Part shown: one piece after another, positions 46,506 through 55,602 of the stretch
How the letters are laid out: every line of letters starts with the position of its first letter
Position numbering within the stretch: position 1 is the first letter of the stretch
Assembly: GCA_902523635.1 (NCBI GenBank)
Contig: CABZAE010000006.1
Location: 5,623 to 69,622 of the forward strand
Direction of reading: 5' to 3'
Length of the DNA: 64,000 nt
From: an uncultured Bacteroidota bacterium
GTDB lineage: Bacteria > Bacteroidota > Bacteroidia > Flavobacteriales > Flavobacteriaceae
Notes under the pieces: generated by a model
Told to the model about the DNA's origin: nothing
Databases searched by the model: none
What the model saw: only the letters and a program-made list of their open reading frames with translations
Translations under genes and position numbers: made by a program

Positions 46506-47213
46506 ATGAAAATAGCGATTCTGGGTTACGGTAAAATGGGTAAGGAAATTGAAAAAGTTTCTTTAGAAAAAGGACATGAAATTACCCTAAAAGTTGACAA
46601 AAACTTTATAGGAAAAATTAATTCAGACATTGACGTTGCAATTAATTTTTGTACACCTGAAACAGCTTTTGAAAATATAAGTATGGCTCTAAACAATAGA
46701 ATACCAGTCATTTCTGGTACTACAGGCTGGTTATCAAATTATTCAAAAATCGTAGAATTATCTAAGAAAAAACAAACAAGTTTCCTTTATTCTTCCAATT
46801 TTAGTCTTGGTGTAAATTTATTTTTTGAATTGAATAAAAAGCTAACTAAAATGATGAACAATCATGATGATTATAATCTTGCAATCAAAGAAACTCATCA
46901 CAAAATGAAAAAAGATAATCCTAGTGGAACAGCTCTTAAGTTAGTTGAAGATATTATCCAAAATAGTAAACATACTAGCTGGTCAAATACTAAAAAAAAT
47001 AATTCAATATATGTTGAATCAATCAGAAAGAATTTAATCCCCGGAACTCATGTTGTAAAATATTCATCTGAAATTGATGAAATTAAGATAATTCATAAAG
47101 CTAAAAACAGAAAAGGTTTTGCAACAGGTGCAGTTATTGCGGCAGAATGGATTCAAGATAAAAAAGGTGTTTTTGGAATGAATGATGTAATTAATGATAT
47201 AAAAATGAAGTAA
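46506..47213 (+). CDS. dapB: 4-hydroxy-tetrahydrodipicolinate reductase
   Basis: 235 aa. N-terminal GYGKMG Rossmann motif. ETHHKMKKDNPSGTA signature. Confidence 0.9.
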   Translation: MKIAILGYGKMGKEIEKVSLEKGHEITLKVDKNFIGKINSDIDVAINFCTPETAFENISMALNNRIPVISGTTGWLSNYSKIVELSKKKQTSFLYSSNFSLGVNLFFELNKKLTKMMNNHDDYNLAIKETHHKMKKDNPSGTALKLVEDIIQNSKHTSWSNTKKNNSIYVESIRKNLIPGTHVVKYSSEIDEIKIIHKAKNRKGFATGAVIAAEWIQDKKGVFGMNDVINDIKMK

Positions 47214-48904
47214 TGACTTTTTTTGAGTGGCTTATATTCTTTGTAATTATCCAATTTATTCACGGCCTAGGTACGCTAAAGCTCTATGAAAAATGTGGTT
47301 TCAACAGTTTTTTAGCTTTTGTTCCCGTATATAATGCCATAATATTGATGAAAATTATCAGAAGACCCTGGTGGTGGACCATACTTCTTTTTATTCCTAT
47401 TATTAATTTATTAATTATTCCTGTTATTTGGGTTGAAACAGTTAAAACTTTTGGAAAAATTAAATTGATTGATACAATTTTAGTTATTTTTTCCTTAGGA
47501 TTCTATATCTATTTCATAAACTACTCAAAAAATATCTTATACTTTGATGACAGAACTCAAAATCCTAAAACTGCGCTGGGTGAATGGATCAGTTCTATTA
47601 TTTTTGCTGTAATTTTAGCTACAATTGTTCACACATACTTTATTCAGCCCTACATAATTCCGACTGGTTCTCTTGAAAAATCACTTCTAGTTGGAGATTT
47701 TTTATTTGTAAGTAAATTTCATTATGGGGCAAGAGTTCCACAAACAGCTATTTCATTTCCAATGGTTCACGATACAATTGTAGGTACAGGAATCAGATCT
47801 TATTTGAACAAGCCTCAAATTCCTTATTTGAGACTTCCTGGATTTGAGAAAATTAAAAGAAACGAAATTGTTACATTCAGTTGGCCTGCCGATACAGTAA
47901 GGCAGTTTTTTGTTAAAGAGAAAGGTGTAAAAAAACCCATTGATAAAAAATCAAATTATGTAAAAAGATGTGTTGCCATCCCCGCTGATACACTCGAAAT
48001 AAGAAATGGACAAATATTTATTAATGGAGAAAAAAGTATTATGCCCTACAGAGCAAAACCAATATTTAATTACACATTATACAATGATGAAGGTATTTCT
48101 ATATCCAAATTATCGAAAGCCAATTTAAAAATTGATAGAAAATTTAGAGTTAAAGATATTACTCAAAAAAAGTTTGATATGATTCGTCCATATGTTAAAA
48201 GATTAGTTAGTAACTCTCCTGACAACTTTACAATAATCACAGACCATAATGGAATCCCCTATAATGTGAGATCAAAAGGAAGAATTGTTTTAACTGAAAT
48301 TTCAGGAAGAAATATGGATGTTTTCTTGACCGAAAAAGAAGCAAAAAATATAGAAAATTCAAATTTAGTTGACAGTATAGTTAGAAATTTCAAAAAAATC
48401 AAATCTTACAATACTCAATATTTCCCTAATGATATTAAGTTTAATTGGAATGAAGACAACTTCGGACCAATAATAATACCTATGAGAGGAGAAAAAATAG
48501 TATTAAATAAAAACAATCTTCCTATTTATAAAAAACTAATAAGAGATTACGAAAAAAATTCTTTGGAATTAATTAATGGATCTATAGTCATAAATGGTTT
48601 AAAAACCAACGAATATACATTCAAACAGGACTATTATTGGATGATGGGTGACAACAGATACAGGTCTGAGGATAGTAGGTCTTGGGGTTTTGTTCCCGAG
48701 GATCATATTGTTGGTAAACCAGTATTTATATGGATGAGTATTGATGGGATTAACGACGGAATTAAAAATTGGAAAATAAGATGGGATAGGGTTTTTACAA
48801 CTGTTAATCTAGACGGGGAACCTAAGTCTTACAGATGGCATTTTTTAATACTTGTTTTAATTATTTACATTTTAAGTGAAATTAGAAAAAGAAAAAAAGC
48901 TTGA
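47213..48904 (+). CDS. lepB: signal peptidase I (long Bacteroidota form with N-terminal DUF5684-like membrane domain)
   Basis: 563 aa. Catalytic Ser region IPTGSLEKSLLVGDFLFVSK. Lys region YVKRCVAIPAD. C-terminal GDNRYRSEDSRSWGFVPEDHIVGKP. Confidence 0.88.
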   Translation: MTFFEWLIFFVIIQFIHGLGTLKLYEKCGFNSFLAFVPVYNAIILMKIIRRPWWWTILLFIPIINLLIIPVIWVETVKTFGKIKLIDTILVIFSLGFYIYFINYSKNILYFDDRTQNPKTALGEWISSIIFAVILATIVHTYFIQPYIIPTGSLEKSLLVGDFLFVSKFHYGARVPQTAISFPMVHDTIVGTGIRSYLNKPQIPYLRLPGFEKIKRNEIVTFSWPADTVRQFFVKEKGVKKPIDKKSNYVKRCVAIPADTLEIRNGQIFINGEKSIMPYRAKPIFNYTLYNDEGISISKLSKANLKIDRKFRVKDITQKKFDMIRPYVKRLVSNSPDNFTIITDHNGIPYNVRSKGRIVLTEISGRNMDVFLTEKEAKNIENSNLVDSIVRNFKKIKSYNTQYFPNDIKFNWNEDNFGPIIIPMRGEKIVLNKNNLPIYKKLIRDYEKNSLELINGSIVINGLKTNEYTFKQDYYWMMGDNRYRSEDSRSWGFVPEDHIVGKPVFIWMSIDGINDGIKNWKIRWDRVFTTVNLDGEPKSYRWHFLILVLIIYILSEIRKRKKA

Positions 48905-48932
48905 TATTCAAACTAAAGATTTAACTTTTTTA

Positions 48933-49535
48933 ATGACACCATGCTATTTTGCTCCCATATCACATTGGAGTATAATTAAAGATGGAAATGTCCTGTGGGA
49001 AACTAATGAAAACTATTTGAAACAAAGTTTGAGAAATAGAACCTATATTTTAGGGCCAAATAAAGTTTTGAAGCTAATTATTCCAATCAAACACCTAGAA
49101 CATAAAACACCCTTAAAAAAAACTTTAATTGATAATACATTCAACTGGCAAAAAAATCATATGGCAGCTCTTAAGACATCATATAATTCATCTCCTTTCT
49201 TTGAATACTACAGGGACGAATTATTTAATTTTTATTCTCAAAAGTTTTCTAAATTATTAGATTTTAATTACCAGGCAATGAACTTAATTTTAAATTGGCT
49301 AGATATTAATTTAGTATTGAATGAAACAAAAAACTATTTAAAATCGCCCTCTGGTATTGTAGATAAAAGAAAAATGTCTAATAAAAGTTTCGATGATAAA
49401 TTCATAGTAAAAACATACACTCAAGTATTTTCAAAAAATAAAAAAAATTTCAAAAATAACTTGAGTATTTTGGACCTAATATTTAATATGGGACCTGAAA
49501 GTATAAACTATCTTACAAAAAAAAGCAGGCCATAA
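48933..49535 (+). CDS. WbqC-family protein
   Basis: The track ORF starts at a GTG at 48876, inside lepB. The ATG at 48933 (MTPCYFAPISHW...) fits the usual WbqC N-terminus. The start is uncertain. Confidence 0.7.
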   Translation: MTPCYFAPISHWSIIKDGNVLWETNENYLKQSLRNRTYILGPNKVLKLIIPIKHLEHKTPLKKTLIDNTFNWQKNHMAALKTSYNSSPFFEYYRDELFNFYSQKFSKLLDFNYQAMNLILNWLDINLVLNETKNYLKSPSGIVDKRKMSNKSFDDKFIVKTYTQVFSKNKKNFKNNLSILDLIFNMGPESINYLTKKSRP

Positions 49536-49806
49536 GCCGGATTCTGTCTTGCCTTATCATTTATCTAGACAATTTATTACTAAATTGTTCTTACCGCCTA
49601 CCCTTCAACATTGAACGAGCAATTCTCAAGCGTTGGTTTACATGGCGTTTCACCTTACAGAGTTTACCTGATTTCACTACAGCCTAGCTGTACATTCTTT
49701 CTGTTGCACTTGTCCTATATTTTCATATGACGGGTGTTACCCGCTGTAATGCTCTTTGGTGTCCGGACTTTCCTCTTTTAAAAAAAGCGATAAGGTAGCC
49801 TGCTAT
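49521..49806 (-). ncRNA. rnpB: RNase P RNA, bacterial type A (boundaries +/- 10 nt)
   Basis: The minus strand reads AGCAGGCTACC..GAGGAAAGTCCGGACACC..GGGTAACACCCGTC..AAGTGCAACAGAAAG..GGTGAAACGCC..GGGTAGGCGGTAAG..GACAGAATCCGGCTTATGGCCTGCTTTTTTT. Universal CR-I and CR-V motifs are present and the P1 helix is AGCAGGC/GCCTGCT. It is a GC-rich island with no ORF. Confidence 0.88.
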
Positions 49807-49887
49807 ATCAAAAATATTAAAAAAAAAACATCTCACTTTATTACCCTAAAACGTAGTATTTAAATGCTTAAATTTTATATTAGCACA

Positions 49888-51537
49888 ATGAAAAACTTTG
49901 TAGTTTCAGCTTTAAAATATAGACCGGCTAGCTTCGATGATGTTGTTGGACAAGATGCAGTCACAAAAACTTTGGAGAATGCTATCAAGCATAACCAAGT
50001 TCCTCAAGCAATGTTATTTTGTGGGCCAAGGGGGGTTGGAAAAACGACATGCGCAAGAGTTCTAGCAAAAAAAATTAATTCTAATATTGAGAAAACAAAT
50101 TCATTCTCATATAATATTTTTGAATTGGATGCAGCTTCTAATAATGGAGTTGATGATATAAGAAGTCTAATTGAGCAGGTTCGAGTACCCCCCCAAACGG
50201 GGAACTTCAAAGTTTATATTATTGATGAAGTTCACATGCTTTCAGGCCCAGCTTTTAATGCTTTTTTAAAAACATTAGAGGAACCTCCAAATTATGCTAT
50301 TTTCATTTTGGCAACTACTGAAAAACATAAAGTTATTCCAACTATACTTTCCAGATGTCAAATTTTTGATTTTAAAAAAATTAGTTTTGCTGACATCAAA
50401 AATTTTTTGATTAAGATATCAACAAAGGAAGAAGTAAAGTATGATAATGAAGCTCTTTCACTAGTAGCTAAAAAAAGTGATGGTTCTCTAAGAGATGCCT
50501 TATCAATTTATGATAGACTTGTTAACTACACTGAGGGTAATATTACAAAAGAATTAACATATGAAAACCTCAATGAGGTAAGTTATGAAACACATTTTCA
50601 GATGACAGATATCATAAAAAATGGTGATATACATGAGGCATTGATATTACTGGATCAAATTATCAAAAATGGAAATAATGAGCTAAATTTCATTGATGGT
50701 TTCTCATCTCATTTGAGAGATTTATTAGTGGCAAAAAATATCAATTCTAAAAACTTATTAAACTTAGATGAAAATTTAGAGAAATATTATGAAAAACAAT
50801 CAACAGGTTTCACAACCAATATAATCCTTTCAGCTATTGAAATATGTGATAATTGCATCAATAAATTTAGAAATAGTAAAAATCAAAGACTCTTGGTGGA
50901 AATATCTTTAATGAAATTATGCTCATTGTTCGAAAAAAAAAAAAAAATAAATGATCACAATGAACAAAATTCTATAATTGAGAAATTTGAGAATGAATCA
51001 GAATCTAAAGAACCAGATAATGTTACTACAATAAAAAAAGATAAGAATAAAGTCGATCAAAATTTTAATACAAGAATGGTTTCCGGATTATCCATCTCAA
51101 GTCTAAAAGAAAAGAAAAGGATAGTAAATGAAAATTTATTAAAATCTAAAATTGAAGAAAAACAAATCAATAAAGAAGAAGTCACTCAAGAGTTATTATT
51201 AAAATTTTGGAATAAATTTTCAGAGGATTTGAACAAAAAAGGTGAAAAAAATCTCTCTAGTATTTTACAACTTAGTGAACCAACTTTGAAAAACAATTAT
51301 GAAATTCACTATACTCTTTCAAATAATACCAATAAAATAGAACTTGAAAAGAATAAAAATAAATTATTAAATTTTTTATCAAAAAATTTAAAAAATGACC
51401 TTTTAGAATTAATGCTAAAAGTCAATAAAGAAAAAGAGAAAAAAATTTTGTACTCTGCGAAGGAAAAATTTGAAAGGATGAAAAAAATTAATCCATCAAT
51501 AGAAAAAATGAGAAAAGATTTTAAACTAGGCCTTTAG
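49888..51537 (+). CDS. dnaX: DNA polymerase III subunits tau/gamma
   Basis: Start taken at Met9 of the track ORF (MKNFVVSALKYRP). Walker A GPRGVGKTT. DEVHML. SRC motif (LSRCQIF). Low-complexity Lys/Glu/Asn-rich C-terminal part. Confidence 0.92.
   Translation: MKNFVVSALKYRPASFDDVVGQDAVTKTLENAIKHNQVPQAMLFCGPRGVGKTTCARVLAKKINSNIEKTNSFSYNIFELDAASNNGVDDIRSLIEQVRVPPQTGNFKVYIIDEVHMLSGPAFNAFLKTLEEPPNYAIFILATTEKHKVIPTILSRCQIFDFKKISFADIKNFLIKISTKEEVKYDNEALSLVAKKSDGSLRDALSIYDRLVNYTEGNITKELTYENLNEVSYETHFQMTDIIKNGDIHEALILLDQIIKNGNNELNFIDGFSSHLRDLLVAKNINSKNLLNLDENLEKYYEKQSTGFTTNIILSAIEICDNCINKFRNSKNQRLLVEISLMKLCSLFEKKKKINDHNEQNSIIEKFENESESKEPDNVTTIKKDKNKVDQNFNTRMVSGLSISSLKEKKRIVNENLLKSKIEEKQINKEEVTQELLLKFWNKFSEDLNKKGEKNLSSILQLSEPTLKNNYEIHYTLSNNTNKIELEKNKNKLLNFLSKNLKNDLLELMLKVNKEKEKKILYSAKEKFERMKKINPSIEKMRKDFKLGL
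50933..50947 (+). other. A15 homopolymer in dnaX: candidate slippage site producing a truncated gamma-like product
   Basis: 0 frame reads GAA AAA AAA AAA AAA ATA AAT (EKKKKIN). The +1 frame hits TAA at 50948-50950. The -1 frame reads AAT AAA TGA (stop at 50952-50954). Confidence 0.5.
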
Positions 51538-52421
51538 TCATTTAAAAGTTCATAAACCATTCCATCGGCTAAGCCTAATTTTGGAACCCATATTTCTTTA
51601 GCAGATATCTCTTTAATTATATACTCATATATCCTGCCTGCAGGAACAATAACGTCTAACCTATCGGGGTTTAACTTTAAATCAATTGATTTTTCTTCGA
51701 AATTTAATGATTCAAGTTTATTAAGAGTCAAAGTTATTTTTCTTAATGATAAGGGCTTTTCATTATTATTTCCAGATAACTTGAATATTTTATTAATGTT
51801 CCCACCAAAACCAACTACACTCTCTATATTTAAGTTTTTGAGATTATTTTTCACCCAAAAAGTAAAACCATTCCATACCTTTGTGGATACTAGATTATTC
51901 ATTAATCTAACTCCACCGATTTTAAAAGATTTAGATTTTAAGATGATATTGTTTTTCAATAAGGTTAATTCTGTGCTTCCACCACCTACGTCTATAATAC
52001 AAAAAAGTTTTTCGTTATTTTGAAAGATTTTATTTTTTGCAATCAGCTTAGCTTCCTTATTTCCACTTATAATTTCTAATGAGAGTCCAGTCTTTTTTTT
52101 AATTCTTTCAACAATGAAATGAGAATTTTCTGAGCACCTAAGTGCCGAAGTAGCGTAAGCTAAATACTTTTTAACATCATTAACTTTCATAAGTAAAACA
52201 AAAGATTGTATTACATCAATAAGTTTCTTTATATTTTTTTCTTTAATCTTTCCTAAACCAAAAGCATCTTGTCCAAGTCTTAAAGGAACCCTCACTAATG
52301 AGTTTTTTGTGGCCTCAAAATCTTTGCCATTTTTAATGTAAATATTTGATATCAATAATCTTACAGCGTTTGATCCTATATCTATTGTGGCATACTTTTT
52401 TACTTTTTTTGGGTTTTTCAA
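51534..52421 (-). CDS. ppx: Ppx/GppA-family exopolyphosphatase (short, N-terminal ASKHA domains only)
   Basis: 295 aa. ATIDIGSNAVRLLI phosphate-1 motif. DVGGGSTEL phosphate-2 motif. 4-nt overlap with ppk1. Confidence 0.8.
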   Translation of the reverse strand: MKNPKKVKKYATIDIGSNAVRLLISNIYIKNGKDFEATKNSLVRVPLRLGQDAFGLGKIKEKNIKKLIDVIQSFVLLMKVNDVKKYLAYATSALRCSENSHFIVERIKKKTGLSLEIISGNKEAKLIAKNKIFQNNEKLFCIIDVGGGSTELTLLKNNIILKSKSFKIGGVRLMNNLVSTKVWNGFTFWVKNNLKNLNIESVVGFGGNINKIFKLSGNNNEKPLSLRKITLTLNKLESLNFEEKSIDLKLNPDRLDVIVPAGRIYEYIIKEISAKEIWVPKLGLADGMVYELLND

Positions 52422-54469
52422 TTTTTTTCTTGGTAATATTTATAAACCTCAGATTGAGATCTGTAAACAGGGTTTTTATTTTTTTTATAACTATTTATTT
52501 TTGGACTATTGATAAACCTTGATTTAACATTATCATTCCAATAAATTTTAAAAACATCCATAATCTCGTCTTTGATTTCTTTATCAAAAATTGGACATGT
52601 GACCTCTACCCTATTATCTAAATTTCTGGTCATCCAATCTGCTGAACTTATATAGGTTTTATTATTTCCTCCATCACAAAAAATCATAAATCTTGTATGC
52701 TCTAAAAATCTATCAACTATACTAATTCCTTTAATTGATTCGCTCATCTTTTTTATACCTGGTATTAGGCAACAAACACCTCTTACAATTAATTCGATTT
52801 TTACACCATTTCTGCTAGCATCATAAAGTGCTTTAATCATATTTCTGTTTGTAATGTTATTTATTTTGATTTTTATCCAAGCTGGTTCTCCTTTTTTAGC
52901 ATTTTTGATTTCATTTTTTATCAATTTTTTTAGTCTTGTCGCGGTATTAATTGGTGATATAAAAAGGTTTTTAAAATTGTATTTTTTATAATTAGCGTCA
53001 AAAAAGTTAAAAACTGATTTAACCTCATCTAAAATCTGGTTGTCTGAAGTGAATAATGTCATATCAGTGTAAACCTTTGCAGTTGATTCATTCAGATTTC
53101 CAGTACTAATAAACCCATATTTATCTATTCCGTTTTCTTGTTTTCTTTCAACAACACATATTTTACTATGTACTTTTAGATTTTGTGATCCATAACTAAT
53201 TTTAATGCCATGGGATTGCATTTCTTTTGCATACTTAATATTTGCAGATTCATCAAACCTAGCTTGTAACTCAATAAGAACAAATACTTTTTTTCCATTC
53301 CTGGCAGCATTGATTAATGCACTTGCAACTTTTGATAATTTTGATAATCGATAAATGGTAATAAAAATTTTTTTAACCTTAGGATCAATTGAGGCTTCTA
53401 TTAAAAAATTGATTATGTATAAAAATTTTTGGTATGGTGTGTGTAATAAAAAATCTTTTTCAGCAATTTTTTTAAACATACCTTTGTTTAGATTTAGTCC
53501 ACTAATTTTGAGAGGTATTAAATCATCATATATTAATTTTTTTCTACCTAAACTTGGAAAATTCATGTAGTCACTTCTATTATGATATTTTCCGCCAGGA
53601 ACTATACTGTCATTTTCAACATCGATACTCATTTTACTTATGATGAAATCTAGAGTTTCTTTGGACATCTCAGAATCATAGACAAACCTAACTGGATGTC
53701 CTGAATATCTGTCCAATAAACTTTCAGAAATTTTCTCTAAATAACTTTTAGAGATGTCATCATCAAATTCTAATTCTGCATCCCTACTTATTTTTATCAT
53801 GTGGGCAGAAATTTGTTTTGGTCGAAAAATTTTAAAAATTTTCTTTAAGTAATATCTAATTATATCATCTATCATTACAACGTAGTCATTATCGTCGTTT
53901 GAAGGTAGTTGTATAAATCTTTTTAAATTTTTTGGGAAATGTAAAATCGCATGTTGAGATTGATCATATTTGTTTTTCATCTTTACCAAAATAAAAGAAA
54001 GATTGTCCTCAAATTTTGGCATTTTTTTTATTTTGTCTAAAACAATAATACCAAGTGAGGGACTGATAATATCACTAAAATATGAGGAAATGAATTTTTT
54101 TTGATACTTCATCATTGTATTTTCATTAACAAAGAAAATTTTTTCCCTCTCAAGTTCAATAACAACTTTACTTAAAATTTTAAAACTTTGTTCTTGTAAT
54201 TTAATTGCCTTTGTAGAAATTTCCTTCAATAAATTTTTAGCTGTTACATCCTTATATATAGTTTTTCCGGAATCATTGCTAACCGCAATTCTTTTTACAG
54301 TTGCATATCTAACCCTGTAAAACTCATCAAGATTATTAGAGAAAATTCCTAAAAACCTGACTCTTTCAATCAGAGGAACATTTGTATCATCAGCCTCCTG
54401 TAGCACTCTTTCATTAAATTCTAACCAGCTTATTTCTCTATTTATATATCTGTTAACTTGTCGATTCAT
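52418..54469 (-). CDS. ppk1: polyphosphate kinase 1
   Basis: 683 aa. N-terminal YINREISWLEFNERVLQEA. Two PLD-like HxK regions (KVHSKICVV; FLEHTRF). Confidence 0.95.
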   Translation of the reverse strand: MNRQVNRYINREISWLEFNERVLQEADDTNVPLIERVRFLGIFSNNLDEFYRVRYATVKRIAVSNDSGKTIYKDVTAKNLLKEISTKAIKLQEQSFKILSKVVIELEREKIFFVNENTMMKYQKKFISSYFSDIISPSLGIIVLDKIKKMPKFEDNLSFILVKMKNKYDQSQHAILHFPKNLKRFIQLPSNDDNDYVVMIDDIIRYYLKKIFKIFRPKQISAHMIKISRDAELEFDDDISKSYLEKISESLLDRYSGHPVRFVYDSEMSKETLDFIISKMSIDVENDSIVPGGKYHNRSDYMNFPSLGRKKLIYDDLIPLKISGLNLNKGMFKKIAEKDFLLHTPYQKFLYIINFLIEASIDPKVKKIFITIYRLSKLSKVASALINAARNGKKVFVLIELQARFDESANIKYAKEMQSHGIKISYGSQNLKVHSKICVVERKQENGIDKYGFISTGNLNESTAKVYTDMTLFTSDNQILDEVKSVFNFFDANYKKYNFKNLFISPINTATRLKKLIKNEIKNAKKGEPAWIKIKINNITNRNMIKALYDASRNGVKIELIVRGVCCLIPGIKKMSESIKGISIVDRFLEHTRFMIFCDGGNNKTYISSADWMTRNLDNRVEVTCPIFDKEIKDEIMDVFKIYWNDNVKSRFINSPKINSYKKNKNPVYRSQSEVYKYYQEKN

Positions 54470-54945
54470 TTGAAGTGTTTAGGAAAATAGAAATCACATT
54501 TTCCAGTATCTATTTCATCCCATAAAGATACATCAAAATCAAAAATTAGAATCCCACAAGTTGGCACATGCTTACTCAATCCAGCAAATTTTTCAAGTAA
54601 ATTTGTACAGCTATTGTTGTGAGTAAAAATGATTACTGTATTTAAATTTGATGGTATAGCTCTTATAAAAGACTCAACATTTTCACCCGAAAAATCATAA
54701 AGCCTCTCGTTCTCGCTAATCGGCACTTCATAAAGTTCAAGGTTTTTTATGAAAATTTGAGAGGTTTGTAAAGTTCTTTTTGAATTACTTGTGTAAATGT
54801 GATCAATTTCAATATTTAGACCTTTCAAAAATATTGACATTAGTTTTGCATCACTTAATCCTCTGTTTGAAAGTGGTCTTTCAATATCTTGAACATTGAA
54901 CTCCCAAGATGATTTGGCATGTCGAACTAAAATTAGTTTTTTCAT
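54466..54945 (-). CDS. histidine phosphatase superfamily protein (SixA-like phosphohistidine phosphatase)
   Basis: 159 aa. RHG-type motif LVRHAKS. Downstream His in FTHNNS. ATGA overlaps on both sides. Confidence 0.75.
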   Translation of the reverse strand: MKKLILVRHAKSSWEFNVQDIERPLSNRGLSDAKLMSIFLKGLNIEIDHIYTSNSKRTLQTSQIFIKNLELYEVPISENERLYDFSGENVESFIRAIPSNLNTVIIFTHNNSCTNLLEKFAGLSKHVPTCGILIFDFDVSLWDEIDTGKCDFYFPKHFK

Positions 54946-55580
54946 GGAGACAGTCTTTTATAATTCCAAGATTTACCGTCTCTTTCATAAAGAATACGAT
55001 CATGAAGTCTATTATCCCTTCCCTGCCAAAATTCATATGAAATAGGCTCTACAATGAAACCACCCCAATTTTTTGGCCTTTGAAAATCATTTTTTTGTTT
55101 ACTTAGTTTTTCATATTTGTTCTCAATAAATTTTCTTGATCGGATAATTTTACTCTGATCAGAAATTATTGCACCAATTTTACTTCCGATTGGTCGAGAG
55201 TTAAAATAATCGGTTGATTCTTTTTCGCTGATCTTTGAAGCATCTCCCATTATTATAATTTGTTGTTCTAAACTTGACCAAAAAAAAGATAAACAAACCT
55301 TCGAATTTCTATTAATTGAGACTCCTTTTACGCTTTTATAATTGGTAAAAAAAATTAAGCCTTTTTTTGTTATTTTTTTTAGAAGAACAACCCTTGTCTT
55401 TGGATATCCATCCAAACAAATAGTTGAAAGTGACATAGCGTTAGGCTCAATTTCGCTTTTTTTTGAATCTACATTAGAAAACCATGAGTTAAACAATTCA
55501 AGAGGGTCTAATGGTAAATCTTTTTCGTTTAAAACACCTTTCAAATATGATTTTCTATAATTGCCTAAATCTTTTGACAT
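54942..55580 (-). CDS. pdxH: pyridoxamine 5'-phosphate oxidase
   Basis: 212 aa. C-terminal signature EFWQGRDNRLHDRILY....W...RLSP. RVVLLK block. Confidence 0.92.
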   Translation of the reverse strand: MSKDLGNYRKSYLKGVLNEKDLPLDPLELFNSWFSNVDSKKSEIEPNAMSLSTICLDGYPKTRVVLLKKITKKGLIFFTNYKSVKGVSINRNSKVCLSFFWSSLEQQIIIMGDASKISEKESTDYFNSRPIGSKIGAIISDQSKIIRSRKFIENKYEKLSKQKNDFQRPKNWGGFIVEPISYEFWQGRDNRLHDRILYERDGKSWNYKRLSP

Positions 55581-55602
55581 ACGTTATTAATTTGAAGCTA
55601 AT

